DNA of 63,973 nucleotides, the filler included, from Octopus bimaculoides (lineage: Eukaryota): NCBI RefSeq assembly GCF_001194135.2. It is 6 parts of 6 records of this genome, joined end to end, with 100 filler letters (N's around TTAATTAATTAA, not from the genome) between each part and the next. Parts side by side here need not be neighbours in the genome. Positions count along the whole stretch, not along the records: positions 24,259 to 37,300 come from NC_068989.1; positions 37,401 to 48,894 come from NC_069006.1; 4 more parts are not named here. The stretch is one strand, 5' to 3'. Both the position numbers and the translations under genes were made by a program. The notes below the pieces were generated by a model. That model did not search any database, was not told where the DNA came from, and saw only the letters and a program-made list of their open reading frames with translations. This document shows positions 25,410 to 38,960 of the stretch, in pieces; the stretch's first letter is position 1, and the number at the start of each line of letters is the position of its first letter.

Positions 25410-26110
25410 TGAGCACTCATTGTCACTTTTCGATATTGGCGTGTGTTTAATGTAGCTACCCTCATTTGCACCTCTTGCCGTGAGGTAGGTTCATCTGGGA
25501 CTCTCGATAGGAAAAGGTCCAGCCTTGATTTTAAAATGCCCACATCTACTTTGTGGAGGTTCCTCAGGCTCTTTGGGAGAATATTAAATTGTATATAGGT
25601 AGATACACATGTATATAAACGGAAGGAGAGGGTGAGGGTAACATCGTGAGAAGTGAGCGATAAGTGAGAACGAATTGCAAAACAAAATCGAGAGAAGGCT
25701 AAAAGAACACACACAATGGCATAGACGCACTCGCGCAAACAAAATGGCATTAACAACAGGATTCTTGAGAAGGTCTTTCCACTTCATTTCACTCACATTA
25801 ATGAGATGAATTCCTAACACTCGCCGACTTGCGGTCTTACGAGACCTTTGGTCAAGAACAGGGTAAGTGATCTTTATGTTTTTACGTGATCCACGGACAT
25901 AATGCCGTTCCAACTGGACTATCAGCTTATGGTGACAATATAATTCTATTATGTAAATGCAGTCACAATCTGGACCTCTTCGACCTCTGGAAGTGACAGA
26001 GGTAACTTAACAACTATCTTCTGGATTTCGTCGCATTTTGTCAGCTTCATCAGCGGCATTATATTGTCACCAAGCCGGTTGACCAGGGGTAGAGCTTAAC
26101 TAGTTGAGTG
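25410..26110 (-). mobile_element. CR1/L2-like LINE 3' remnant in the nAChR intron
   Basis: NILPKSLRNL...KSRLDLFLSRVPDEP; RECVYAIV (degenerate RRERYAII). Confidence 0.75.
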
Positions 26111-27372
26111 TGCGCATTCATATAAAAGGAAAAAGAACACTCGGCTGAGAGTACTGCTTTAACGATTTAGTCCACCAAATAAACAGAGTTCGTATGCAAC
26201 TCTCTACGTATATGATTCACTTTCTATACGTCGTAAAAGCCTCACTGTACAAGAGACATGTAGTCCACTTCAAACTGATACCCACAACGGTTTAGCTAAT
26301 AGCATTTCAAAAGTCACGTCGATAATCACAAGACATTTATACTAATCAAACCGCTTCAATCATTTCCTTGCTATACTTGTTAAGGTCAAAGAAATAGCCT
26401 TACTAAATGTAATTAACTACTAGAGAGCGAATATCTCTCCAGCAATTGACTGGCAAATTAATTGCTACAAATGGTAAATTATTTCAACGGATCAGGATTT
26501 AATTAAACGTCTTGTTATTTGTCTTGGATCACTACAAAGTTTAAGTAACAATTATTATGTAGTGATTTTCTATCTATTCACATGCTACTTTCGATCTATT
26601 TCAATAGATTTCGTAATATGCACTTATGTAACAAGAACATTTTATTGTTCAAGTGTTTGTTGTAAATTATTAAGCGCTTGTTACGTTAATTATACCGAAA
26701 TGCCTAGTTCTAAATACATGAATTATCTCCTTCCAAATACACAGAATTTAACAAAAATATTTTCAAATATTTTCTTGCTATTTTTTGAACATATATATCT
26801 TTTTCGGGTGTCTCTGATTTGAAATTTCTAATCTACAGAAGTCAGCATCTGACCTTTGTATTACATGTTAAAATTGAATTGCATATAAGTTAGAGAATAT
26901 GTAATTGAAATACCAATTTGATAGGATGGTTTTTCTTCTTTTTTAAATTAATTGCGAAACCGCTTTCAAATTCGTCATGCCCGCGGTCACATTAACACTT
27001 CAACGTCATCTCGATTTTTATTTCGTTATTTAAAACTATTACATGTGCACATTCACACACAATCACACATACATACTATATATATATACACATACATAAT
27101 TTCACACATACATAATTCTTATAATTATTCATATATATGTACACTTACGTATGTATGTATGTATGTATGTATGTATGTATTCTTTGTATGCAGGTAAAAG
27201 AAGCAGAGGAGGAGAAGGGGGGTGATTAGCAGAACCGTTACAGCGGCGGTAGAATGCTCTGCAGTATTTTTTCCAATTCCCTTCTCTTAATTCAAATTCC
27301 ACCGCAGACTACCTTGTCTTTTATCATTTCTGGACAAAATAACTGAAATTCAAGTACAGAAATTGATTCTTG

Positions 27373-27420
<48 letters not shown>

Positions 27421-27504
27421 TCAGTATGCATGGATATTGAGACCAATATTTGCCATGCATTACTAATGACCATCTCTTTTTTTTTTTTTACCATTGTTTT
27501 GCAG

Positions 27505-27549
27505 GATGAGAAAAACCAGAACCTTGCATCAAATCTCTGGTTAAATATA
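27505..27549 (+). CDS. CHRNA7-like: nAChR alpha7-like subunit, 45-nt exon equivalent to CHRNA7 exon 3 (loop D)
   Basis: Acceptor ccattgttttgcAG and donor ATA|GTAAGT; phase 0-0. Encodes DEKNQNLASNLWLNI (family consensus DEKNQ-I/V-LTTNxWL) and splices in frame to the previous exon. Confidence 0.93.
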
Positions 27550-28160
27550 GTAAGTGATTTTCTTTTGAACTGTCATTGAATTTTTATTAATTATTATTAA
27601 TTATTATGCCAAACTTTCAAACAATTACTATTGTTTTTTTATTATTATGCCAAAATTTGAAGCAATTACTATTATTTTTATTATTATTATCANNNNNNNN
27701 NNNNNNNNNNNNNNNNNNNNNNNNNNNNNNNNNNNNNNNNNNNNNNNNNNNNNNNNNNNNNNNNNNNNNNNNNNNNNNNNNNNNNNNNNNNNNNNNNNNN
27801 NNNNNNNNNNNNNNNNNNNNNNNNNNNNNNNNNNNNNNNNNNNNNNNNNNNNNNNNNNNNNNNNNNNNNNNNNNNNNNNNNNNNNNNNNNNNNNNNNNNN
27901 NNNNNNNNNNNNNNNNNNNNNNNNNNNNNNNNNNNNNNNNNNNNNNNNNNNNNNNNNNNNNNNNNNNNNNNNNNNNNNNNNNNNNNNNNNNNNNNNNNNN
28001 NNNNNNNNNNNNNNNNNNNNNNNNNNNNNNNNNNNNNNNNNNNNNNNNNNNNNNNNNNNNNNNNNNNNNNNNNNNNNNNNNNNNNNNNNNNNNNNNNNNN
28101 NNNNNNNNNNNNNNNNNNNNNNNNNNNNNNNNNNNNNNNNNNNNNNNNNNNNNNNNNNNN

Positions 28161-28217
28161 GGTGGTGGTGGTGGTGGTGGTGGTGGTGGTGGTACTGGTG
28201 GTGGTGGTAGTAGCATC

Positions 28218-28274
<57 letters not shown>

Positions 28275-28280
28275 TGTAGT
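28161..28280. repeat. (GGT)n/(AGT)n trinucleotide array
   Basis: Directly visible. Confidence 0.95.
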
Positions 28281-31200
28281 AGTTATCGAACTTTGTTGCA
28301 GCTATTATTGTTGTTGGCGGTGGTGGCGGTGGAATTTAATAAAGAAGTCTGTTCTGTATCCGGGCCATAACTGCTGTTAATACTGAGAGCCACGCTTTTA
28401 CTTGATTTTGAACAAGGTTTATATAAGTCATAGTAGTAACCGTTATCGTTGTTTAGTCATTAGTCCAAGTCAACCTTGAACGAGCAGACTAATGATGATT
28501 AACAGTATACCAACCGTGACTGTATCGTGTTTTAAGAGTATCAACGGATACAGTATCTAGGATGTCTTTTACGCTTTAAGCCGATAGGGTGTGATTTGAT
28601 AATAATTTGACTGCTATATCTAACAAGTCGATTAATGATCTTTCTGGATCTTTACCCTTTGAACGGCAGATCGAGAAATTAATTTTTTGTAACTAAACAC
28701 TTTCGAACTTCGGACACTGTTAGAATGTGTCATATAAAACATCTTTTACTCTTAGTGTTGTTGAGAAAAGTTTGTATTTTCAAAGTTATTTCGTAGTAAA
28801 GTTGTCGTATTTCGGTAATTTCAACCAACCAATGACGTGTATTCAGCTGAATAAAAATGATTGCTGCTGTTTGTCAACAACAACTTCCGGCGGTGTATAT
28901 ACTTCGTTTGTCACTGTTATTTATGACATCGTTCGTGACATATTTACGACATATTTCATCTCAGTTACGTTTGTATGAATAAACGAGTGTATCTGAAGCA
29001 TGTTTACTTCCTGGCATCACCACAATCGTTCGTGCATTTCTACTGCTTTGTTTTTTCCTGTCCTTTTTTTTTTACCATCTAACTGTCCGAATGTTTTGTT
29101 GTCGCCTATTACGTTCTTGTTCCATTTTTTTTTTTGTTTTGATTATATACATGTATATTTCCTGTGCCTGTGAAATCTTGTATCTCGGCTGTAAGGCCTT
29201 ATTTCCATATACGCCAGCTTAATTTTATTCGTCCTTAATCGAAAGACATCTGTTGCTTTGGCTTGTTTTTATTCCTACTGTATTTGTGTAACATTGTTCG
29301 TTTTTTCCGTCCTTGTTTTTGTATACATTCGCTGCTTTCTTCCAAGGAATCTAATGCTCTTAGCTTAGTTTTTCCTTGGGACTGGCCAGATTGGAGCAAT
29401 ATCGAGAATAACCAGCCGAAATTGCAAGGATAATCTGGATCTCGACTGAAGAAAGAAAACTCCGAATGACCTGTCCGTGTTTTCTTTGTATCGTCTATCT
29501 GGATGTTTTGTCTCTTTCTTGTATCACCTAACTGTCTGGATGTTTTGAATTCTTGTCCCATTTTGTATTATATATATATATATATTATGAGGACGGCAAC
29601 AGTTTATTAAATCAAGTTTAGTACTTCGCACCATCCTAATTTTACTGTCACAAAAATGGATGAAATCCGAAATCAACTTCGGGGCAATATGAACTCAGAG
29701 TATCGAGAAATACAACTAAATATTGCAAAGTCTTTCTTTGACCTTCTACCGAACCTGCCAATGTGCCGCCATTCTGACAATCAACTTCTTCAATACTAAA
29801 TAATGCAAATACTTAGACTCCTGTATCGTCACATAACTTGATCAATTTCTATTAAGCTTAAATGGAGCACAGGTAATATTCCGAAGTGACATCTACCCCC
29901 TACACACACTCTCTCTCTTTCTCTCTCACTGTCGCTCTTTCTCAATCTACATATATATATTTGCTTCTCTCTCTTTCTTTCTCTCTCTCTCTCTCTCTCT
30001 TTACGTCTCTCACCCAAACGCACATAGACACATACGCACATATACACAGACTCGTGTACGCATACAGTATCACGAAGAAATACCAGCTAATTCATACTAA
30101 CAATACAAGAGTACAATCGATGATTTATTGTATCTGAGTGTCTATGTGACTTGGCGTTTACTAATTCATTACCACTGCATTCTAAAGATCAGCTGGATAC
30201 ACAATGAAAAGATAATAAATATTGAAACGCAGACGATAGTTTATACGACCATTTAAATACCACCATATAGTTCACCATTGTAGAAGTTATCGTTGAGAAA
30301 ATCACACATATCTTCGTAATAGCTTCTATGGCAAATGCATTGAAGTTCGTTTGAAAAAGCTTGCATCATCGCACTTCACCCAGGTTATCAAACGTGTTTT
30401 TAGTAAGTTGTTCATATATGCTGTGTCGTGCGTTTTAACATAGTATCTTAGTATTATATCTAATCTTCGATTTGGCAACAGGTAAATGAGGGTCTTATCC
30501 TATATTTTATAGCCTTTAAATCACACTTACTAAAGTACACCAATATGACTATGTGTGTCGGTGTGTATTTGTTTATTTGAAACTTTAGCTTTCCCTGTTT
30601 CCTAGTTTAGTATTACCATTTTCACAGTAACGTAGTGATTATGCTCTACTGCTTGTATTGCGTACCTCAAACACGTTAATTTCACAGATCAACTGGAACA
30701 GAAACAGGAATAAAGAGTGAGAGAAAGTTGTGGTCAAAGAGTACGGCAGGGTTCGCCATCATCCCCTGCCGAACCTTCGTGGAGCTTTTAGGTGTTTTCG
30801 CTCAATAAACCTTCACAACGCCCGTTCTGGGAATCGAAACCGCGATCCTACGACCGTGAGTCCGCTGCTCCAGCCACTGGGCCATTGCGCCTCCACTGTA
30901 TAATATANNNNNNNNNNNNNNNNNNNNNNNNNNNNNNNNNNNNNNNNNNNNNNNNNNNNNNNNNNNNNNNNNNNNNNNNNNNNNNNNNNNNNNNNNNNNN
31001 NNNNNNNNNNNNNNNNNNNNNNNNNNNNNNNNNNNNNNNNNNNNNNNNNNNNNNNNNNNNNNNNNNNNNNNNNNNNNNNNNNNNNNNNNNNNNNNNNNNN
31101 NNNNNNNNNNNNNNNNNNNNNNNNNNNNNNNNNNNNNNNNNNNNNNNNNNNNNNNNNNNNNNNNNNNNNNNNNNNNNNNNNNNNNNNNNNNNNNNNNNNN

Positions 31201-31884
31201 NNNNNNNNNNNNNNNNNNNTATATATATATATATATATATATGAGTAAACTAAGATTTATCACTCATCATGCTTGTGCATTTTATAAGTGGAGTGTTTCG
31301 AGCAGAGATACAAATCTAATCTGAAAGTCAATGAAAGGAAAATCGAAGCCCTATTGTCATCAAACTGATATCCCGTCGGTTCGTGTGTCGCGTTAATACA
31401 TTTTATGCATTTGCATAAATGCGTTTTGCTATCGCTTTAAATCTAAATCTAAGTAATTTTTTTTTTGTGTTCTTTTCATTTGGGATTTACATATGTTTCC
31501 ATGTTTTATTTTTTAACAATTTCTAGTCACAGTAATTTTTTTTGCAATGGATAAACTAGCTTTAAATGCTACATAAATGATGGCCTTATTTTTTAGCGGA
31601 GTGTTTCTGAAGTAATAAAAGCCAACTGTGAAAGAAAAAAATGGCGTAAGGGCTGACGTTCATCAGAAGGTATATAGTAAAACACCAAGACTAGAATATA
31701 GTAGCTGCCAGTTCAATTCACAATGGACTCCTACGTTATATATATGTATAGAATTGGGTAGGCATGATCAGAACTTTTACACTAATACAATGAAATAAGC
31801 TGTCAATTACAATTAGAACTCAGCAAGCTGTCTGATAAATAAATTACTATTCACCCACGGACGGCGGAAATTTTATGTATGTGT

Positions 31885-32276
<392 letters not shown>

Positions 32277-32599
32277 AATTTACTTAACGTGGATACACTA
32301 GAAGAAAGCCATAATACTGCGGTATGCATCTTTAGAAGTTATCTCATACAAAAGAATAGTGCTGAAAAGCACAAACGTATCAGTAGCAGACGAAAAATAC
32401 CCAGAAGTTGCAGAGGAATTAACAGATCCCTAGATTTCTGCGTATTCGTGCGTCATCGGTAGCAAGTATCCACTATCAACCACACGNNNNNNNNNNTAGA
32501 CAACAAATTATATATAAAATTATATAAATATATATTTACAGAGAGAGAGAGAGATAGCCAATAAACCCAAGAAACACAAGGAACATTCTGCATTATCCA

Positions 32600-33095
32600 T
32601 TAAAGCATATCATGATTGAGCCAAGACCGTAAAAGCAAAAAGGCTTATGAATCATACAAAATAATCAGATGCAAAAAACCATAAAAGCCCCTTTAAAATC
32701 ACTTGCCAGAACGAATCTAACTACGGATTTAAATCCATCTGTTAAAAAGTGTAGCTGTTCTAATTACAAGAATTATGACAACCTTATTAAAGACACAACA
32801 TATAAATTTAGATCTGAACAAGTTTTTTGGGAAAAACTATTTGTTCTTCAAAACAAATTAATATATGCCCTAAAATGTGATGAATGCATCGAAGATTACA
32901 TTGAACAAACCACACTTACCTTAAGAATGAGATTAACAATTAATCAACAACAAATACGAGATCCCAGGACTAGACAAATCTTACTCAGTAAGCATTTGAA
33001 CATATGCAGAAAAACCAAATCTCCCAAGTTTCGTGTCTTCACTCTTTATGAATGTACAGACAATACAGATCAAACACAAATGAATAAGTTAAGTG
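32600..33095 (+). mobile_element. Second Penelope-like family, GIY-YIG end fragment (Neptune-like)
   Basis: LIYALKCDECIEDYIEQT...LRMRLTINQQQIRDPRTR resembles a PLE GIY-YIG domain; degenerate Cys-rich linker KKCSCSNYKNY upstream. Confidence 0.75.
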
Positions 33096-33277
33096 ACCAC
33101 CCTACTCGTTATCTCATTCCAGTTCTTCTTTGTTTGGAGGTCGGGACCAAACCAGACCCCGAGCAACTCGACCGGACCGTCGGTTCAGCGTCCCACAACG
33201 GAGGCGCTGTTGGACGGCATGGGCTTGCTTCTCCAGGTGCCGAGCCGCAAGGCCACTGACTTTTCCCGGTTGGTTTT
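33096..33277 (-). mobile_element. L1/Tx1-like RT fragment, same family as 1919-2050
   Basis: Reverse complement aligns to 1919-2050; TNREKSVALRLGTWRSKPMP...GPVELLGVWFGPDLQ. Confidence 0.88.
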
Positions 33278-34577
33278 NNNNNNNNNNNNNNNNNNNNNNN
33301 NNNNNNNNNNNNNNNNNNNNNNNNNNNNNNNNNNNNNNNNNNNNNNNNNNNNNNNNNNNNNNNNNNNNNNNNNNNNNNNNNNNNNNNNNNNNNNNNNNNN
33401 NNNNNNNNNNNNNNNNNNNNNNNNNNNNNNNNNNNNNNNNNNNNNNNNNNNNNNNNNNNNNNNNNNNNNNNNNNNNNNNNNNNNNNNNNNNNNNNNNNNN
33501 NNNNNNNNNNNNNNNNNNNNNNNNNNNNNNNNNNNNNNNNNNNNNNNNNNNNNNNNNNNNNNNNNNNNNNNNNNNNNNNNNNNNNNNNNNNNNNNNNNNN
33601 NNNNNNNNNNNNNNNNNNNNNNNNNNNNNNNNNNNNNNNNNNNNNNNNNNNNNNNNNNNNNNNNNNNNNNNNNNNNNNNNNNNNNNNNNNNNNNNNNNNN
33701 NNNNNNNNNNNNNNNNNNNNNNNNNNNNNNNNNNNNNNNNNNNNNNNNNNNNNNNNNNNNNNNNNNNNNNNNNNNNNNNNNNNNNNNNNNNNNNNNNNNN
33801 NNNNNNNNNNNNNNNNNNNNNNNNNNNNNNNNNNNNNNNNNNNNNNNNNNNNNNNNNNNNNNNNNNNNNNNNNNNNNNNNNNNNNNNNNNNNNNNNNNNN
33901 NNNNNNNNNNNNNNNNNNNNNNNNNNNNNNNNNNNNNNNGTATATATATATATATACATACATACATGCATGTATGCATAATATGTGCGTGCATTTACCT
34001 GAACGATAGGACGAAGTACATGTGTTCTGTTATTCAAATGTCATAACAACATATTACAACAGCTTTTCAGGTCGAGATTCTAGTTACTGATCAACTCCAC
34101 TACGTCCAGCCATCGTGAGAGGGTGAACTCTTGCTTTCGCTTGTAATAGATAGGTACAGTGGGAGAGAATCAATTACCACATAAAGTAGACGTCAAAAGT
34201 GGAGGCTTGGTATGAAGAGGCTGTGTTAGAATTAGCCTTTTCACATGCTGCAATCATTGCATCTACCACAATTGTACACTTCAACCTGAATTTTTTTTTA
34301 TGTGTTTATAAAAATACGTAAAAAAATATTTACGTATTTATATCATTATTTATTGTTTTGTTTTGTTTTCTTTGTTTGCTTTTTTATTATTTTTGTTATC
34401 GCGTCTACGTTTTTATTATGGTTTTAACGCTGTATAACCAGGCACTTAGCACCAATCTACGGTAGGTCTTCTGCAATGGATGTCTTTTTTTGTGTGTGTG
34501 TGTGTGTGTGTGTATGTATAATCGTTTAGCTATTGTGTATGAGTATATGCGTTTGTACATCGAAGTCTGTATGTGTG

Positions 34578-34615
<38 letters not shown>

Positions 34616-34789
34616 TGTGTAAATGTATACATATATGGACGTGAAGTTACATATAAGTATTTATGTGTGCATATGTCCATAGCTATGTGTAATTTGTACG
34701 CCTTTATATCTCAGTGATTCGTTTGCTAAAGAATTTACAGTACTACACACACAGACACACACACGAGCATAATTTGAACATCTGATCCG

Positions 34790-35205
34790 ATTAACCTCAG
34801 CAGGCAAACTGCTTAGCGGTATTTCGTCCGTTTTGACGTTCTCAGTTCAAATTCGAACGAGAGTGACTTTGCTTTTCATCCTTTCGGCGTCTATGAAATG
34901 AGTACCATTTGCGTACTGAGATCGGTCTAATAGACTGGCTCTCTCCCCCAAAATTTCCGGCCTTGTGCCTAGAGTACAAAAGAATATTGGTTTCAAATTT
35001 TGGCACAAGGCCAGAAATTTCAGAGTGGAGGAGTTAATTCGATTACATCGACCCCAATGCTCAACTGGTACTTATTTTATCGACTCTGAGAGGATGAAAG
35101 GCAAAGTCGAGCTCGGTAGAATTTGAATTCAAAACCCAAGGCGGACAAAATACCACTAAGCATTTTGTTCGGCGCCCAAACGATTGGTCCCACTCACCGC
35201 CTCAC
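34790..35205. mobile_element. Adjacent inverted (tail-to-tail) pair of SINE family B
   Basis: Plus copy ends GGCCTTGTGCCT at about 34970; minus copy begins GGCACAAGGCC at about 35002. Confidence 0.8.
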
Positions 35206-36241
35206 TACACAGTCAATATTTACATATCTTCATAATGAGGATTGAATAATTTGATCATGTCCAAATCACAGAGCTGTCAGTGGCAGAATATGAACTCGCA
35301 ATTCATTCCATGATATTCTATCAATGCGACCGTTATATACTCTCTCAAGAATGTAATCATACTCAGGCTTGCCGATTAGAGATGAGCTAAAAATCACAAT
35401 GGATTTGTCAGAACGCATACTAATGATACATACATACTGTGAAGCAAAATTAACAATACCTCATTGGATTCATTTCGACTGTTTAGGGCTCTGAACAATA
35501 TGTCAGAAAACTCCAAATGCGCGATATCTTCTCTCTGTGCTAATTTACAAAGGCAGTCTATAAAATCCGAGTGTAATGCCATATAACAGAAAATGGTGAA
35601 GATTTCAATTAAGTATGGCTATAGTTATGAAGAATTTACATTCCCGTTGGCCTTAATGTTCCATAAAAGTGATCCATTATTGCTATCGAGGGATCTGGAA
35701 CTGAACAAAATGTAAATTAAGTCTCGATAATTAATTCCGACTCTACGAATCTAATACGGAAGAGAATTAATGTTGCTGGCATACTTTAGTCGTAAATATA
35801 ATGCAACCCACAAGACACATGCTCACACACACACACACACATACACTCATATATAGATACATGCATGAGTATATGTGGGTGTGTGTGAGTGTTTGTATGT
35901 GAGAGTATATTTTTATATATATATATATATATATANNNNNNNNNNNNNNNNNNNNNNNNNNNNNNNNNNNNNNNNNNNNNNNNNNNNNNNNNNNNNNNNN
36001 NNNNNNNNNNNNNNNNNNNNNNNNNNNNNNNNNNNNNNNNNNNNNNNNNNNNNNNNNNNNNNNNNNNNNNNNNNNNNNNNNNNNNNNNNNNNNNNNNNNN
36101 NNNNNNNNNNNNNNNNNNNNNNNNNNNNNNNNNNNNNNNNNNNNNNNNNNNNNNNNNNNNNNNNNNNNNNNNNNNNNNNNNNNNNNNNNNNNNNNNNNNN
36201 NNNNNNNNNNNNNNNNNNNNNNNNNNNNNNNNNNNNNNNNN

Positions 36242-36273
<32 letters not shown>

Positions 36274-36944
36274 TAGATAGATAGATAGATAAATTGATCG
36301 ATAGACAGACAGACAGACAGATAGATAGATCTTTAGTAGAAAAAACGTGGTAAAGAAAACTCAATACATTAAGGTAATGCATTTATCAAACTTGCTACAT
36401 GCCATGGACGAAACTTTCGATCCTTGAGTCACTTTTTGGACTTTACCAAATAAAAAATTATGCGTGCGTGTGTGTATGTGTACGTACGTCTGTGTGCGCA
36501 CGCGCAAATCTATAATGCATGCATACATTCATAGATACATATTAATGCATACATCCTACCTAATTTCATGATGATCGTCTTATTTTAATCAATTTCGTTT
36601 GCCTTGTCAAACTACGGATGTGAAATATTATATATTTATAAGGAAACGTTTGAATTTAAAGATATTAACGTTGATAAGCCTCGCTTGCATCAAAATTATT
36701 CTACATAAGTAATCCTGAGGATTAAAATAAAGTCCTATTCGTGACAAAATGCTGGGCGTCAAATTTGATATATCGGCAGTGAAAAACCTCACTTTTAATT
36801 ATTGCTGTTGTTGTTGTTGCGTGTATGTGTTTGTGGAACGCTATCAAATATATTACTTTTGATAAATTATTAACTGAGCACATCATATTGTTTAATTTTT
36901 TTAACAATCCATGGGACTTCAATACGTTTGTAATTTGTTTAGGG

Positions 36945-37300
36945 TCGTCGAGGGTTCCAGTCGATCCGATCAACGGAACAGCCTGCTCGTGAAATTAACG
37001 TGCAAGTGGCTGAGCACTCCACAGACACGTGTACCCCTAACGTAGTTCTCGGGGATATTCAGCGTGACACAGTGTGACAAGGCTGACCCTTTGAATTACA
37101 GGCACAACAGAAGCAGGAAGTAAGAGTGAGAGAAAGTCGTCGTGGTGGAAGAGTACAGCAGGGTTCGCCACCATCCCCCGCTGGAGCCTCGTGGAGCTTT
37201 TAGGTGATTTCGCTCAATAAACACTCACAACGCCCGGTCTGGGAATCGAAACCGTGATCCTATTACCGCGAGTCTGCTGCCCTAACCACTGGGCCATTGC
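36945..37300 (-). mobile_element. tRNA-derived SINE family C
   Basis: GGGAATCGAAACCG...CTAACCACTGGGCCATTGC (reverse-complement tRNA head); related pieces at 30680-30897, 45600-45930, 7840-8135. Confidence 0.75.
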
Positions 37301-37400
37301 NNNNNNNNNNNNNNNNNNNNNNNNNNNNNNNNNNNNNNNNNNNNTTAATTAATTAANNNNNNNNNNNNNNNNNNNNNNNNNNNNNNNNNNNNNNNNNNNN
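37301..37400. other. Artificial scaffold spacer
   Basis: 44 N + TTAATTAATTAA + 44 N. Confidence 0.97.
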
Positions 37401-37737
37401 AATGATAATAACAACAAGAGCACTCAAGGAGCGCAAACCTCTGCCAAGGCAACATCAATGTCCTCTCAATGATTAGCCAGAGATGATTTTTAAAATGATA
37501 ATATCTGAAATAAACTCGACTGCTCTCACAAATGAGAATACTAAAAATGAACCCAACTGCTCTCAAAACCACTGGATTGATCCCAAAAATCTAATCAGTT
37601 CATGCCAGTCATGAGGCCAAACATCCTTGAAAGTTTCATCTGAATCCAGACAGTGGTTCTTGAGATATCTTGTCCACGGACAAACAAACAAACACGACTG
37701 AAAACAATACCTCTGCCTTCGCTAAGGTGGAGGTAAT
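37401..37737 (+). mobile_element. Non-autonomous Helitron/Helentron-like element with terminal hairpin
   Basis: Ends TACCTCTGCCTT-CGCT-AAGGTGGAGGTA (37708-37735); both arms show CG to TG decay of an inferred perfect stem. Confidence 0.5.
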
Positions 37738-38535
37738 GATGCTTCTTACTGCAATTTCGGCCTTGATGCTCAGCTGGTACCTATTTTATTGATCTTGAAA
37801 TGAAGAAAGGCAAAGTCCACCTCAGAGCATGAAGCTGGACGAAAATGCTGCTAAGCATTTTGTGAAGTGGGTAAAAGATGTTGGCAGCAGCAGGCCAGCC
37901 ATTTTGGGGAGGATGTCAGTCAATTATTTCGACCTGAGAGCTCAACTTGTGCTTATTTTATTGACTCCCAAAAAGATAAAAGGCAAAGTCTACCTTGGTA
38001 GAATTTGAACTCAGAATGTGAAGAGGAGCAAGAAGAAATACTATCAAATATCCTACATCTGTATGGAAAACAAAAGATGAGAGGATAAATATATTACTGG
38101 TGTGTTTATTTGTGCATATGTGTGTAATTGTATGTATGTATGTCTAATTATGTGTGTGTACACGCACTCAGAAATAACTGCCCCCCACTTCTGTCAATGA
38201 GTCTTCAACCACCCCATTGCAAATCTAATAGGTTTTTGTCACATGATCCTGCTTCTGTTAGTTTCTTCAACCATTTTCCTTCTTTCTTTCTATTTCTTTT
38301 TTTTTTTTTACAATTCTTTTAATATTTCAAAGAAGTATTTATATTTAGATTTTCATTTTTTTCGAGAAGGAAACCAATTTTATCGCAGTTGTTGTTGTTG
38401 CTGCTGCTATTACCATCAAAATATTTGTTGCAAAACAAATAACTTTTGTAATGTATTATGGGTTTTGTTTAGGTAAAAAAAAAAATTAAAAAAAAAAAAA
38501 ATGACTGCCATTTCTTGTTGTTTTGTTTTTTGTGG

Positions 38536-38583
<48 letters not shown>

Positions 38584-38723
38584 TTGTACATACATTGTGG
38601 GGATGGGTGTGTTCTTTTCTGCCTGTTTCCTATACCAAATGTAAAAGCACCATTATTTTATAATTTTTTTCCCTTGTAACTGACCCCTCTGCTCAATAGT
38701 CATCCTTTTGACAATAATAGACA

Positions 38724-38724
<1 letters not shown>

Positions 38725-38767
<43 letters not shown>

Positions 38768-38960
38768 ATTATTATTGTTATTATTATTATTATTATTATT
38801 ATTAAAAGGCTATTAAATACGAATTTGTTGTCTTGAAGTTTGGTGACACCAAGTCTCCTCAGATCTCAAGAATCTTCCTCTGGCTCCTTGCAGAATACAG
38901 ATTTGGCACTTTTTTGTCAGACTGATAATACATGTCTTGATTCCAATGTCCTTCAGCATA
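38725..38960 (-). mobile_element. R4/Dong-like LINE 3' end with (AAT)n tail
   Basis: Minus strand ...SARSQRKILEI*GDLVSP followed by a long (AAT)n, read as (ATT)n at 38725-38803. Confidence 0.5.
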
